In this document: in pieces, positions 22,098-31,896 of the stretch
Position numbering within the stretch: the stretch's first letter is position 1
How the letters are laid out: each line of letters starts with the position of its first letter
Source: a virus
Strand: one strand, 5' to 3'
Length of the DNA stretch: 64,000 nucleotides
IMG/VR virus record: IMGVR_UViG_3300009103_002144
Coordinates: 45,193-109,192 of that record
Program-made: the position numbers and the translations under genes
Notes under the pieces: model-generated
What the model was told of the DNA's origin: nothing
What the model saw: the letters and a program-made list of their open reading frames with translations, nothing else
The model's database searches: none

Positions 22098-23006
22098 CTA
22101 CTCTTTTCGATAACATATTAAGTTTCTTGGAAACCACCAGGGAATCCATACATTGTCCCAATGCGCATTTACGAGCTTATCAGTAGAAGAATGAAGTGCA
22201 TCAAACTCTGTTTGCCAATTCGGCGCTTCTTTTACCGTGGGTACTTTATCTGTCGTAAGTCTCCTCAGCTCTAATGGGGCATCTTTTACAGCACGAGCTT
22301 CAGCGACCCAGTGTATAATATTTTCTTCTAGCTGTAAATTTCTTTTATACCCAGCATCTTGAAGCTTTTCAACCCAATATTCTGCGGGTTGCTCATTCAC
22401 ATGTCCCTCACCTCCCTGACCAGGGGCAGCAGCAGTCATAATGATATTCGATGCGCCGTGCTTCGTTAAGACATCTACGTAATTTCCCACAAATAACTGC
22501 TCAATATGCTCTGCAACTTCAATGCTTATTACCAGATCAACCGAATGAGTGGGTTGGTACTTTTTTCTTAAATCAAAATGTTCTACATTGGCTGGGTCAA
22601 TCATCATATGATCAAAGGCAAATTTTGATCCCTCAAGACCCTTCACTTTTACACCGGCTTCTTCAAAACACTTAAGCCAATGTCCTGTTGCACATCCGAC
22701 ATCTAGAACACTTTTACATTTTAGCTCTTCGACTATTCGAGGAACAAGCCATTTTGCCATAGGAAAACTATCAGCAATATTATCTTTAAAGAAATTTTCG
22801 TTATAAATCGCCCCTAAGTCAATCATACGCTGGGTTAACGTTCGTCCAGATGGATCTTCTAAAATGTAGAAATCAAAATCTTCTAGATTGTATTGTTCCA
22901 ATTTGTTTATATCAAAATTCTCGTCCTTAAAAATTCGAAGAAATTTCTCCGGATGCAATTGGTAATATTCGCGTAATAGCTGCGCCATTTCTTCATTTGA
23001 GCTCAT
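22098..23006 (-). CDS. SAM-dependent methyltransferase
   Basis: VLDVGCATG, DLVISIEVAEHI, PGQGGEGHVNEQ. Confidence 0.88.
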   Translation of the reverse strand: MSSNEEMAQLLREYYQLHPEKFLRIFKDENFDINKLEQYNLEDFDFYILEDPSGRTLTQRMIDLGAIYNENFFKDNIADSFPMAKWLVPRIVEELKCKSVLDVGCATGHWLKCFEEAGVKVKGLEGSKFAFDHMMIDPANVEHFDLRKKYQPTHSVDLVISIEVAEHIEQLFVGNYVDVLTKHGASNIIMTAAAPGQGGEGHVNEQPAEYWVEKLQDAGYKRNLQLEENIIHWVAEARAVKDAPLELRRLTTDKVPTVKEAPNWQTEFDALHSSTDKLVNAHWDNVWIPWWFPRNLICYRKE

Positions 23007-23914
23007 CTCGGCTCCTGCCCTGTTTCAGTAATATAGCGATCTCTTAATTGCGGAATATGCCAGATATCGAGATCATGAAAATATTTCGCTCCATAATCAT
23101 CAAAATACTTCATCAGGCCAGGTAACAAGTCTTTTCGCATAAACCACTTTTCGTCCCATAATGGATCGAAATTCGGGACAGCGGGAACAGGGACTCCCTC
23201 ATACCACTCGGGCGGCATCTCAACAACTCCCACGTTATTCGTAAGTAAAGTAATGGCATATTTTCCACGAATTGCAGCGGCATGACCCGGTTTTTGAACA
23301 AGCTCCCCGCATTGACACCACGCTTGTTTAAGCAAAAAGTTGTTTAATGCCGCAAATTGGTAATGCATGACTGCACCTTGTTGGGTGGGTAACCTCAACC
23401 ACGTACCATCATTGGATCCGAGAGTCCGTCCTTCAGCCATATAGTTGTAATCATAATCAAGACTTGGGTCATCACAAACGACAAAATCCTTGTAGTTATT
23501 ACTCCAGACCGTATTGTCATGTCGAAAATGCTTATAGCTTTGCCAGAGCGCAAGCCAGTGCATTGCTAACTTTTGGCCTGGTCTTAATTGCGATATAATA
23601 TCTCTAGCACCTGAAACGAAGTTAGTCGTAAATGTTTCATCAGCATCTAGACAAAGAAAGTGTGTACCGCCTGCTTCACGTGCATACCGAAAGAGATGAC
23701 TTCGAATTAATCCACAGGGCCAACCACCCTTAAGTTTTTCAGTGTCTTCATATCCCTTGATTGTTGCACCTGCTTCTTCTAGAATCTTTCTGCTATTATC
23801 TGTTGATCCGTCATCGATTACAATGAGCTCGTCTACAATCGGCATAACATTCGATAAAAATGTTGGTAGAATCCACTCTTCATTTTTTACTGGTAAAATC
23901 CCGACTATCTTCAT
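23003..23914 (-). CDS. Glycosyltransferase, GT2
   Basis: PVKNEE, DDGSTD, LDADE. Confidence 0.88.
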   Translation of the reverse strand: MKIVGILPVKNEEWILPTFLSNVMPIVDELIVIDDGSTDNSRKILEEAGATIKGYEDTEKLKGGWPCGLIRSHLFRYAREAGGTHFLCLDADETFTTNFVSGARDIISQLRPGQKLAMHWLALWQSYKHFRHDNTVWSNNYKDFVVCDDPSLDYDYNYMAEGRTLGSNDGTWLRLPTQQGAVMHYQFAALNNFLLKQAWCQCGELVQKPGHAAAIRGKYAITLLTNNVGVVEMPPEWYEGVPVPAVPNFDPLWDEKWFMRKDLLPGLMKYFDDYGAKYFHDLDIWHIPQLRDRYITETGQEPR

Positions 23915-24615
23915 TTTTGCCTCCTATAAATAAAGGCGCCAAACCCAGATGGATTGTGACAAAGTACTGTTAAATCATGCTTTTCACCTTCCCACTCTTC
24001 GTAAAAGCGATATTTCGTTCTATGATATTGAGGATTAGAATGAGAACGTTCATCTTGAATATCGTCTACAAGAATTATCGCTTCATCAGCAAGAAGCGGC
24101 TCATAAACTTCAAACTCTTTCTGCACTTGTTCATAAACATGTATGGTGTCGCAGAATAGTAAGCTAATCTTGGTCTTAATGAAGCTGTCAACAGCATCAA
24201 TAACATCTGGATGAAGACAATCCCCATGAATTGCCAAAAATGAACCTTCATCCTGTCTTTGGTTTCCCATATCACCCGGAATAAATCTTAAATCAACCAC
24301 CGTGTCTATTGTTACAAATGACTGAGAAGATCTCATGGCATCAAGTATTGCAAGCGTAGATAATCCTTCCCTATTGCCAAGTTCACAAATAGAAGCATTG
24401 TCTGAAAGTCTAGAAACGATGTTGTGTAAAAGAGCAAAATATCCATGACAACGAACTTGTTCTGAATTTAAGAAAATTAACTCATTGTTCATATACGTGG
24501 AAAACTCATTATCTTCATTCACGAATATAGACCATCCAGGATTATTCCACTTTATTACAGGATTTTTTTCTGTGGCTTCTATTGCTGACTGTAGTACTTC
24601 ACTTATATCTGTCAT
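23911..24615 (-). CDS. SAM-dependent methyltransferase (Methyltransf_24-like)
   Basis: CELGNREGLS, LFCDTIHVYE, ILVDD. Confidence 0.75.
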   Translation of the reverse strand: MTDISEVLQSAIEATEKNPVIKWNNPGWSIFVNEDNEFSTYMNNELIFLNSEQVRCHGYFALLHNIVSRLSDNASICELGNREGLSTLAILDAMRSSQSFVTIDTVVDLRFIPGDMGNQRQDEGSFLAIHGDCLHPDVIDAVDSFIKTKISLLFCDTIHVYEQVQKEFEVYEPLLADEAIILVDDIQDERSHSNPQYHRTKYRFYEEWEGEKHDLTVLCHNPSGFGAFIYRRQK

Positions 24616-25451
24616 TTTGATCCATTTTCCATAATAAAATCAGAAAAATTTGGAATCATTTCTCCGACTGGCTTCTTCTCATCATACCAAGACAAATTCT
24701 TGATATCATATTTCTCAGTTGCTTCTGATACGTATCTCTGATCTATCTTATCAAGAATTCCGTATCTCATTTCTATAACAGTTCGCTCAAGGGGTTGCTT
24801 ATTATCTGGACGTGTACTTGCACCCTGGCCTTCATCAAGGTATGCGCCTAAAATTTCATTAACGGTACCCACCAGCGTATTGGCTGCTAATCTAATAGAT
24901 AGATCAAAATCCGCCCCAGACACGAGCTGCTCATCGAACATCCCGCAACGGTCTTTAAGCTGTTTTCTCCACATTAAGAATGGACCGGTGACCATACCTC
25001 TTGTTAATTCATGGTGCGGGGAACAATATGCAGAATGATCTACAAGCCTCCCGGCACCTGATCCGAATGTGTTAACAATTACAAAATTTCCGTGAACTAC
25101 TCCGTGACAAGGATGACAATCCAAAAAATCTGCTTGCAGTTGTAAAGAATTTGGCACCCGTAAATCATCAATATTCCAAATTGCGACATAATCACCATTG
25201 GCCAGATTCCAGCAATCGTTCATAGATCGAGCTATATTATCAACATGCTCTTTGACGTTATGCACAAAAACACCGGGATATTCCTTTTGGAACTTTTTAA
25301 CTAAATCAATCTCCCACTGCTCCGGAGCATTGTGGTCTAAGACAATCTCAACTTCAGCAAGATTGATCATAGAAGTTACGTTACTAAGAAATCCCTCTAA
25401 ATATTTTCCACCCTTATAACACGGGGTTATTGAACTAATCTTTTTTGTCAT
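24612..25451 (-). CDS. Glycosyltransferase, GT2
   Basis: ITPCYK, WNIDD, FDEQLVSGADFDLSIR. Confidence 0.85.
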   Translation of the reverse strand: MTKKISSITPCYKGGKYLEGFLSNVTSMINLAEVEIVLDHNAPEQWEIDLVKKFQKEYPGVFVHNVKEHVDNIARSMNDCWNLANGDYVAIWNIDDLRVPNSLQLQADFLDCHPCHGVVHGNFVIVNTFGSGAGRLVDHSAYCSPHHELTRGMVTGPFLMWRKQLKDRCGMFDEQLVSGADFDLSIRLAANTLVGTVNEILGAYLDEGQGASTRPDNKQPLERTVIEMRYGILDKIDQRYVSEATEKYDIKNLSWYDEKKPVGEMIPNFSDFIMENGSK

Positions 25452-26316
25452 CTGTGCTCTCTAAAATATCTAGAAATTTTTGAGCGCAGATTTCTAATGT
25501 TAAATTCTCTTGCACATACGCTCTTGGATCGAAAGAATCCAGGTTCTCCAAGAAGTATGTGAATGATTCATAGATTTCTTCTCTAGTAGCGCCTTCTTTG
25601 ACTTTCACACCACAACGTTCATCAAAATAAGGGACAGCAGAAGCCGGACACTCAATACCATCATCTCGATCATCCCATACTTCTTTTTCAAAAACAAAGC
25701 ACGGCAGGCCTGAGGCGAGGATTTGCTGATATGCAATTCCCTGGCTCTCTGTTCTTGTCACAAGTATAGCAAACCTACATTTGTTCACAGCATCATGTAG
25801 AGCTGACTCGTCATAGTTACCGTAAGATAAACACCCAAATACTAGACCCTTATCTATACAAAGCTCAGCGGCAACAGTCTTGTCTTCCTCCTCCATGTGC
25901 TTGAAATAGATAAGGCAGTCACCAAACTTTTCTTTATCGGTGGTGTCTGGCCAATCCTCAGTGTCAATACCAACTGGCCATACATGAATACTCTTGTCTT
26001 TCATAAAATCGAATGTAAAGTACAGATCTTTAACCCATTGAGAAGGAACGAGAAAATCTTGATATTGCTTGGCAATACTTTCAATAGGAATCTCCCACAT
26101 ATTTGGGCCAACAACATGAAAATCTTTACCATCCAAGCCAGCTCCTTCCCACGCATCAGGATTTGAAAGACAAGCACAGCGATCAAATTTCTCAGCAATC
26201 ACAATCGGATAGTCTTGAACCTCCACATCTAGAGCCTCAAGACCTTTTCGTAAATTTTTATACACCATACCAGGGCCGCGGATAGTACGGTTATCTGTTA
26301 AAAGTCTAATCTTCAT
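25435..26316 (-). CDS. Glycosyltransferase, GT-B-like
   Basis: LVPSQW, WPVGIDT, TESQGIAYQQILASGLP. Confidence 0.7.
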   Translation of the reverse strand: MKIRLLTDNRTIRGPGMVYKNLRKGLEALDVEVQDYPIVIAEKFDRCACLSNPDAWEGAGLDGKDFHVVGPNMWEIPIESIAKQYQDFLVPSQWVKDLYFTFDFMKDKSIHVWPVGIDTEDWPDTTDKEKFGDCLIYFKHMEEEDKTVAAELCIDKGLVFGCLSYGNYDESALHDAVNKCRFAILVTRTESQGIAYQQILASGLPCFVFEKEVWDDRDDGIECPASAVPYFDERCGVKVKEGATREEIYESFTYFLENLDSFDPRAYVQENLTLEICAQKFLDILESTDDKKD

Positions 26317-27197
26317 TCTTTCACCTTCGATGTGTCATTAGAATTAACAGGAGTTGAAGATCCAGCTCCCTTTCTATATTTTTCATCAAACTTACGTATC
26401 TGTCCAATGATACCCCAGTGTGTGGGCATTTTATCAACGTCACAAGACACATGCATTGCATCAACCACCTGCTTCGCAAGCTGTTGTCTGGCTTCTGTTA
26501 TGCTCTTTGTCCGAATGGTACCCTTTTCTATGCCGCCATCTTCATGACTTATATCATCGACGGTGGACGTGCTAGGATCGCCATGAAGTCGATAGTGTAG
26601 TAATACTTGAGGGAGGTTCACCATTATCATCTCATGCTCTTTGCACCGTTGCCAGAAATCATAATCTTCAATGACGAAGTTAGAAGTATTAAAGAACCCA
26701 ACTCCTCGTAAGTGAATATTCTTTTTGTACACGGCTGATGGGAATGGAATCGGGTTTTTCCCCCTCGAAAAACAATCATATATCTTATCATGAGAATATG
26801 GATTTCGAGGAGCTTCACAAACTAATGCTCCAATGTAATCTAATTGAGTTCCAATAATGTCAACAAGCGGATTCTGTTCTATGAATGCCGCCTGGTGCTC
26901 TAGCTTTGTCGGAAGCCACACATCGTCTGCATCAATCGGGGCGACCCACTCTCTTCTAGGGTCAGCATAGCAGACCGCAAAATTTAATGCATTTGATTTA
27001 TTTGCATGATAAAGCTGGTATACCCTAAACCGTTTATCATTCGAAGTCAAATATGTGGCAATATCAGCAGATTTGTCTGTACAACCATTACAAATGATTA
27101 AGCATTCAAAGTCTTTATACGTCTGATCCATAATGGACTTGATCGCTTCTCCCAACCATTTCTCGCCGTTATAAACGGGCAAAACAACGCTAAACAT
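26313..27197 (-). CDS. Glycosyltransferase, GT2
   Basis: VLPVYNGE, IDADDVW, EDYDFW, YRLH. Confidence 0.9.
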   Translation of the reverse strand: MFSVVLPVYNGEKWLGEAIKSIMDQTYKDFECLIICNGCTDKSADIATYLTSNDKRFRVYQLYHANKSNALNFAVCYADPRREWVAPIDADDVWLPTKLEHQAAFIEQNPLVDIIGTQLDYIGALVCEAPRNPYSHDKIYDCFSRGKNPIPFPSAVYKKNIHLRGVGFFNTSNFVIEDYDFWQRCKEHEMIMVNLPQVLLHYRLHGDPSTSTVDDISHEDGGIEKGTIRTKSITEARQQLAKQVVDAMHVSCDVDKMPTHWGIIGQIRKFDEKYRKGAGSSTPVNSNDTSKVKE

Positions 27198-27510
27198 CTT
27201 TTATTCCTACGCTCCTCATCCATGACTCTGCATTAACTGCTTTATCATCTACCAATAAATCATAATGTGGTTTCCTATTCATGATTAATTCATGATAACG
27301 AAGGCCCCACTTCTTCAATTGAGATACTGTTAAGTCAGTGTGGTCTATCCCGGAATTACATCCTCTTGCAGTAAAAAACTTTATGGTATGTCCTGCGTCA
27401 TATAATTCGTTAATCTTTTCTATCATTGCTGAAAATGGTTCTGCATTTTCATACTTGCTATTTTTTTCTAAAGTACATATCGTACCGTCAATGTCAAAAC
27501 AATAAATCAC
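27190..27510 (-). CDS. Small HAD-family phosphatase (capsule-biosynthesis type)
   Basis: FDIDGT, FTARG, KP.YDLLVDDK. Likely GTG start at 27510. Confidence 0.85.
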   Translation of the reverse strand: MIYCFDIDGTICTLEKNSKYENAEPFSAMIEKINELYDAGHTIKFFTARGCNSGIDHTDLTVSQLKKWGLRYHELIMNRKPHYDLLVDDKAVNAESWMRSVGIKDV

Positions 27511-27518
27511 GTTTAATC

Positions 27519-28019
27519 CTAAACAGGCGTATGAAGAAACACCTGGTGTACACATTCAACCACACCGTAAGAGTGCGAATCAACATGCATGTCAAGCTCA
27601 GCGTAGGTTGAATATTTACTCCGCATTTGATTATCATGATCAAAGCCAGTAATAATCACAAAGGGTATTCCGTTTTGTGAACAATAATGACAGCAATTAA
27701 CCACATTCATTGAATTACCAGAAGAAGAAATCAATATTACTAGAGTCGTATCCGTTACAAAATCTTGAAGAAACCTTTTGTAGGCTTCATCCATTCCAAA
27801 ATCATTAATGTAGCAAGTAAGTCTTGAAGCATCAGAAAAAGCATACGCTTTTTTTCCCAAAAGCTTTGTATAATCTTGCGCAATATGAGAACAAATTGCA
27901 TTGCTACCACCATTACCGATCATGATTACTTCAGTATAAGCGGAAAGAAGTTGCTTCAATCTATCTACTAAACTTTCGTCTATCTCATCGATCGCTTTTT
28001 GTACATCAATTAGCTTCAT
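27519..28019 (-). CDS. SIS-domain phosphosugar isomerase (GmhA-like)
   Basis: IGNGGS...HIAQD, LISSSGNS.NVV, ITGF, YGVVECVH. Confidence 0.85.
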   Translation of the reverse strand: MKLIDVQKAIDEIDESLVDRLKQLLSAYTEVIMIGNGGSNAICSHIAQDYTKLLGKKAYAFSDASRLTCYINDFGMDEAYKRFLQDFVTDTTLVILISSSGNSMNVVNCCHYCSQNGIPFVIITGFDHDNQMRSKYSTYAELDMHVDSHSYGVVECVHQVFLHTPV

Positions 28020-28647
28020 CTTTTCTCACATAAAGTGCATCGCCCCAGCCGTGTTTTGTCATCTCTGTCATGGTTCTTTCAAAACCATACTGTGACAGAA
28101 ATTCATCAAGCTCTGATATAAGCGCGCAGTCCTCATAGAGGTGCTTTTCATTAACCTCAAGATAAACATAATCCAAATACTTTAATTGTTCATACATCCC
28201 ATTAAGAGCAAGAAGCTCGGCACCTTGAATATCGATATTCGCAAAGTTAAACAATGATCGATCAAAGCCCTTCTTGTCCATCATTGTATCAACGCGGAAG
28301 GCCCATGTTTGTACTTTCATGATATACTGAACATTCGGATGTTCTTTTGAATGTTCATCAAATTCTAAAAGAGAAGAAGACTCACCGTTATTTGCGATAT
28401 TAAGCTCAACCAATTTATCATCTTCATTGCAGGCTGCTCCAAAAACAACTGTTGAACCGAAATCATTGATTGTTCTATTTATCAAATGTGGGGCAATACC
28501 GATATTCGCCTCAACCCATATTATCCTATGAATTCCACAAGACTTATATCCCTCTAACTCTTCCGCCACATGCGCGCCAAGATGTAAAACACCGGTAACG
28601 GGGGTTTCATCAAATAGCGGTTTCAGTTGCTCAAATTTTATTAACAT
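28006..28647 (-). CDS. FkbM-family methyltransferase
   Basis: HLGAH, WVEAN, NIDIQGAELLALNG, YLEV, WGDALY. Confidence 0.9.
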   Translation of the reverse strand: MLIKFEQLKPLFDETPVTGVLHLGAHVAEELEGYKSCGIHRIIWVEANIGIAPHLINRTINDFGSTVVFGAACNEDDKLVELNIANNGESSSLLEFDEHSKEHPNVQYIMKVQTWAFRVDTMMDKKGFDRSLFNFANIDIQGAELLALNGMYEQLKYLDYVYLEVNEKHLYEDCALISELDEFLSQYGFERTMTEMTKHGWGDALYVRKDEAN

Positions 28648-29379
28648 CTAGTCTCCACGCTCAAGAAGAGCTCTTATCTGCATTCGCGCATTATTTTTCA
28701 CATCGACAAGATCTTTGTGCAGAGCCTGCTTCTTCGAGCTATTAAAATTAGAGGCCTCATGAATTCTGTGGTCTACTAGGGCCTCGTCCAGATTAGCGAA
28801 CTTTAATCCCGCAAAAACACAGCGAGACCACAGGTCATAATCTTCTACCGCATTTAGCGGGTCATAAAATCCAACAACATCAGTATGAATTGATTTTCTA
28901 TATATTACGCTACTATTACAGATTGGATTTTCTTTACGATGCAAAATAGAATGGTATATTTCAGAGTTTGTCGATGGTAAAACTGGGGCTCCGGTCTTTA
29001 AATTTTCAGACTCATCGATGTAACGCATTTGCGTTCCAATGATATCAACATCTTCGGTTATACGAGCAACTTGCTTTTCTAGTTTGGTAGAATGCCATAA
29101 ATCATCAGCATCACAGATAGCTATCCACTCGCCAGTTGCATTAGCTATAGCATAATTTAGCGCGAGGCTTTTACCTTTTGTTGGAAAAAACATATTTTTC
29201 ACCCCACTCTCAAGCTGGGCAACCATCGAATCAACCATAAGATGGCTGGAATCGGAAGAGCCATTATCAACAAAAACTAATTCAACTGCTGAATATGTCT
29301 GTTCAAATAAAGACTCAATAGTTCGAAGAATATACTTTTCAGCATCTCTGTAGGGGATTATAACTGAAACTGTGGTCAT
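28648..29379 (-). CDS. Glycosyltransferase, GT2
   Basis: VIIPY, DNGSSD, CDADD, EDYDLW. Confidence 0.9.
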   Translation of the reverse strand: MTTVSVIIPYRDAEKYILRTIESLFEQTYSAVELVFVDNGSSDSSHLMVDSMVAQLESGVKNMFFPTKGKSLALNYAIANATGEWIAICDADDLWHSTKLEKQVARITEDVDIIGTQMRYIDESENLKTGAPVLPSTNSEIYHSILHRKENPICNSSVIYRKSIHTDVVGFYDPLNAVEDYDLWSRCVFAGLKFANLDEALVDHRIHEASNFNSSKKQALHKDLVDVKNNARMQIRALLERGD

Positions 29380-30131
29380 GAACGTACCTCAGCATGATTT
29401 TTATCTAAAGCTACAATCTTAGCAGGATAACCAACTTCTTGGGGGTTGTTATATTCTGCAAAACAATAAGACGGAGTCATAATCTTTAGATAACGAAGGT
29501 TCTCGGGTCTAGTCACATATTCGTTTAAGTGAGATTCATCATGCCAAACCGCGACTATTCCTCTAGAATTATCATCATCAATATTCGTAGATATCTCTTT
29601 CGACATTCGAATGAACGCCTCATAAGCTCCACCGTTAAATCCACCCGCTACATAGCATGGTCGATAGCGATGGGGAGAGATAAATGCTTTTGATTGTTGT
29701 CTAGACTCTGGTGTGCCCAGTGGGTGCTGGGGTGTTTTTCCAAGATAAAACCCGGGGTGGGCGGTGGCTACAAGACCGTATGTCTTTTGGGGCATCACTT
29801 CTTTTCCCACTTCTTGTACTACAAGCATATCAGCGTCAGAATAAAAAAGGTACTCCGGCCTCTCTAAATTTAAGCTCTCCAATCTATCGTCCAATGTAGC
29901 AAAGTGACGATAACGATAAAGCGTATCTCCAGGGAATCCCATTCTTTCGATATGAAAGATTTGATGACTTAATCTTGTCTCGGGAATGTATTTCTGTGCA
30001 CCTTCAATATCATCAGTAAAAAGATAACATATTATCTCTTCATCTCTTAGAAAATTTTGAGCTATTGAAGAATAAAGCCCGGTCAAAAACTGGGTATATT
30101 TTCCGGTAGCGATTGTTAGAATGCCGATCAT
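29376..30131 (-). CDS. Glycosyltransferase family 6 (ABO/alpha-1,3-Gal(NAc)T-like)
   Basis: IATGKY, YLFTD, DAD, HPG, YVAGGFNGG, WHDESHLN, LDKNH. Confidence 0.9.
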   Translation of the reverse strand: MIGILTIATGKYTQFLTGLYSSIAQNFLRDEEIICYLFTDDIEGAQKYIPETRLSHQIFHIERMGFPGDTLYRYRHFATLDDRLESLNLERPEYLFYSDADMLVVQEVGKEVMPQKTYGLVATAHPGFYLGKTPQHPLGTPESRQQSKAFISPHRYRPCYVAGGFNGGAYEAFIRMSKEISTNIDDDNSRGIVAVWHDESHLNEYVTRPENLRYLKIMTPSYCFAEYNNPQEVGYPAKIVALDKNHAEVRS

Positions 30132-30991
30132 TTTCGTTCCCTAAATGGTAAATCTACAACAAAATGCGCAGCATTTGGAATGTATTTAGATAATTTTGAG
30201 ACGTCAATCTCAAGCCCCTCATTCCATTTCTTAAGTAAATGCTCTGAAGATATTTCACCGCTTCGGTTTTTGTGCGTATCCTGTACTCGATTCAAGGGGT
30301 TATTAAACAGAGAAGACTCAGTATAGCATACGCACATATCAGGAATCGCAAAAGTAAACTGTAAAGTTTGCATCGCTTCTTCGAAAGAATTCGGAGCCGT
30401 AAATTCTAAATGCTGGATCCAGCTAAGTAATTGATTTGTTCTGAATACATTACCGTCTACAGAAAACGGATAATTCCAGTCATATTGTGAATTTCTCCAG
30501 CTCCATAGAAAGTGGTTATTCTGAACGCTACCATCAGGAATTGGTTGGGTTCTATTAATTGGATAGCAGTAATTAAGGTGCATCCCCATCCGAAGGGAAT
30601 ATGTCAATATTTGTGGATTATTCATTAGAATATTCGCGCATGTATCAGTATCGAACGGTCGTCGAAACACAATATCATCGACCAGAAACAGACACAACGG
30701 ACCAGCATTTTTTAGAAACGTTAGCACCTGACCTTTGAAGTCATTATCTTCATAAAAATGAATACCGTTGGTCTTCGATTTTACTTCTTCTAAAGCCGGT
30801 AAATATTCATCATCATAGCTATATAAAACAGTAATATCACGAATGGGATTTACATACTTCATCGATCGTAATAACGCGAACAATTGTAAGGGCCGATTTC
30901 TAGAAAAAATACAAATACTAGTTTGCCCAGACCATCGGCAAGAGTGAACTAAAGAATGTGAATGTGCCGAATGGTCATGATCATGAGGCAT
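30128..30991 (-). CDS. Putative GT-A fold glycosyltransferase with His-rich N-terminus
   Basis: IFSRNRPLQL..LLRS, FLVDDIVF. Located within the glycan cluster. Confidence 0.6.
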   Translation of the reverse strand: MPHDHDHSAHSHSLVHSCRWSGQTSICIFSRNRPLQLFALLRSMKYVNPIRDITVLYSYDDEYLPALEEVKSKTNGIHFYEDNDFKGQVLTFLKNAGPLCLFLVDDIVFRRPFDTDTCANILMNNPQILTYSLRMGMHLNYCYPINRTQPIPDGSVQNNHFLWSWRNSQYDWNYPFSVDGNVFRTNQLLSWIQHLEFTAPNSFEEAMQTLQFTFAIPDMCVCYTESSLFNNPLNRVQDTHKNRSGEISSEHLLKKWNEGLEIDVSKLSKYIPNAAHFVVDLPFRERK

Positions 30992-31896
30992 TATCTAATC
31001 CCCTCCACCACTTCAAGAATTCTATTACAACGATTCACGAATGTGTGTTCTTTTCTTACAAGCTCTATAATACTATTTTCAAATTCTAAATTGCGATTCT
31101 TCAAATACTCGTTTGTTTTAATTGCGATTTGTTCGCAATCTTCTTCATAAAAGTCTTCACCACAAATCTCTTTAACCACAGGACTATTACAAAATGTCGG
31201 TTGCCCATAAGAGATGTTCTTAAAAAGCCGGCATGGAACATATCGGTTCTCTTTTTGCCAGCCAGCCACTATTGCTGGAGCCTGATTCGATGAGCGTATT
31301 AGCTTTATCATATTCTCTCGATCGACACCTCGATGAGCATGAACCGGGATACCCATCCTTGAGTGCATTGCCTGAGCATATTCTTGTAGTTGTTGTAGAT
31401 TTCCCATTGGACCATCTGTTACAGACCCAACCCAATTTACAGCCATATTAACTTCTGGTGCAGGAACAGGATCATATATCATTTCTTCCGGAAGCAAATC
31501 AGTCGCCCAGGGCTGGTAAAGACATTTGTCATTTTCTTGCCAGTATGTAAAAGCGCTTAAACGTTCAGCTGCTCTTTCGGGAAGCAAAGTATCCTTAGTA
31601 TATACCTGGAGGTTTATGTAATTATCATTTTGTCTAAATCGGATATCGTCGACGTTGTGTAAAACGTAAAAGCTGTCTTTGTTAATACTCAAAGTCTTAC
31701 AATCAATCCCACATGCGATTACCAAAGAATTCTTAAGAAACGAATTCTCAACTTTTTCAGCGGTATTTTCAATCCAAACTGTCTCAAGGCCGAGTGACTC
31801 AAACGCCTTAAAAAAACAATCATGAATGTAGCTATGCGTATGAGAATGAAGTGGTAATCCCCATATAATAATTTTATCAAAAGAGCTACTTGTCAT
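30991..31896 (-). CDS. Putative GT-B glycosyltransferase
   Basis: PWATD, WVGS, PCRLFKNISYG and C-terminal VRKEHTFVNR. Confidence 0.6.
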   Translation of the reverse strand: MTSSSFDKIIIWGLPLHSHTHSYIHDCFFKAFESLGLETVWIENTAEKVENSFLKNSLVIACGIDCKTLSINKDSFYVLHNVDDIRFRQNDNYINLQVYTKDTLLPERAAERLSAFTYWQENDKCLYQPWATDLLPEEMIYDPVPAPEVNMAVNWVGSVTDGPMGNLQQLQEYAQAMHSRMGIPVHAHRGVDRENMIKLIRSSNQAPAIVAGWQKENRYVPCRLFKNISYGQPTFCNSPVVKEICGEDFYEEDCEQIAIKTNEYLKNRNLEFENSIIELVRKEHTFVNRCNRILEVVEGIR

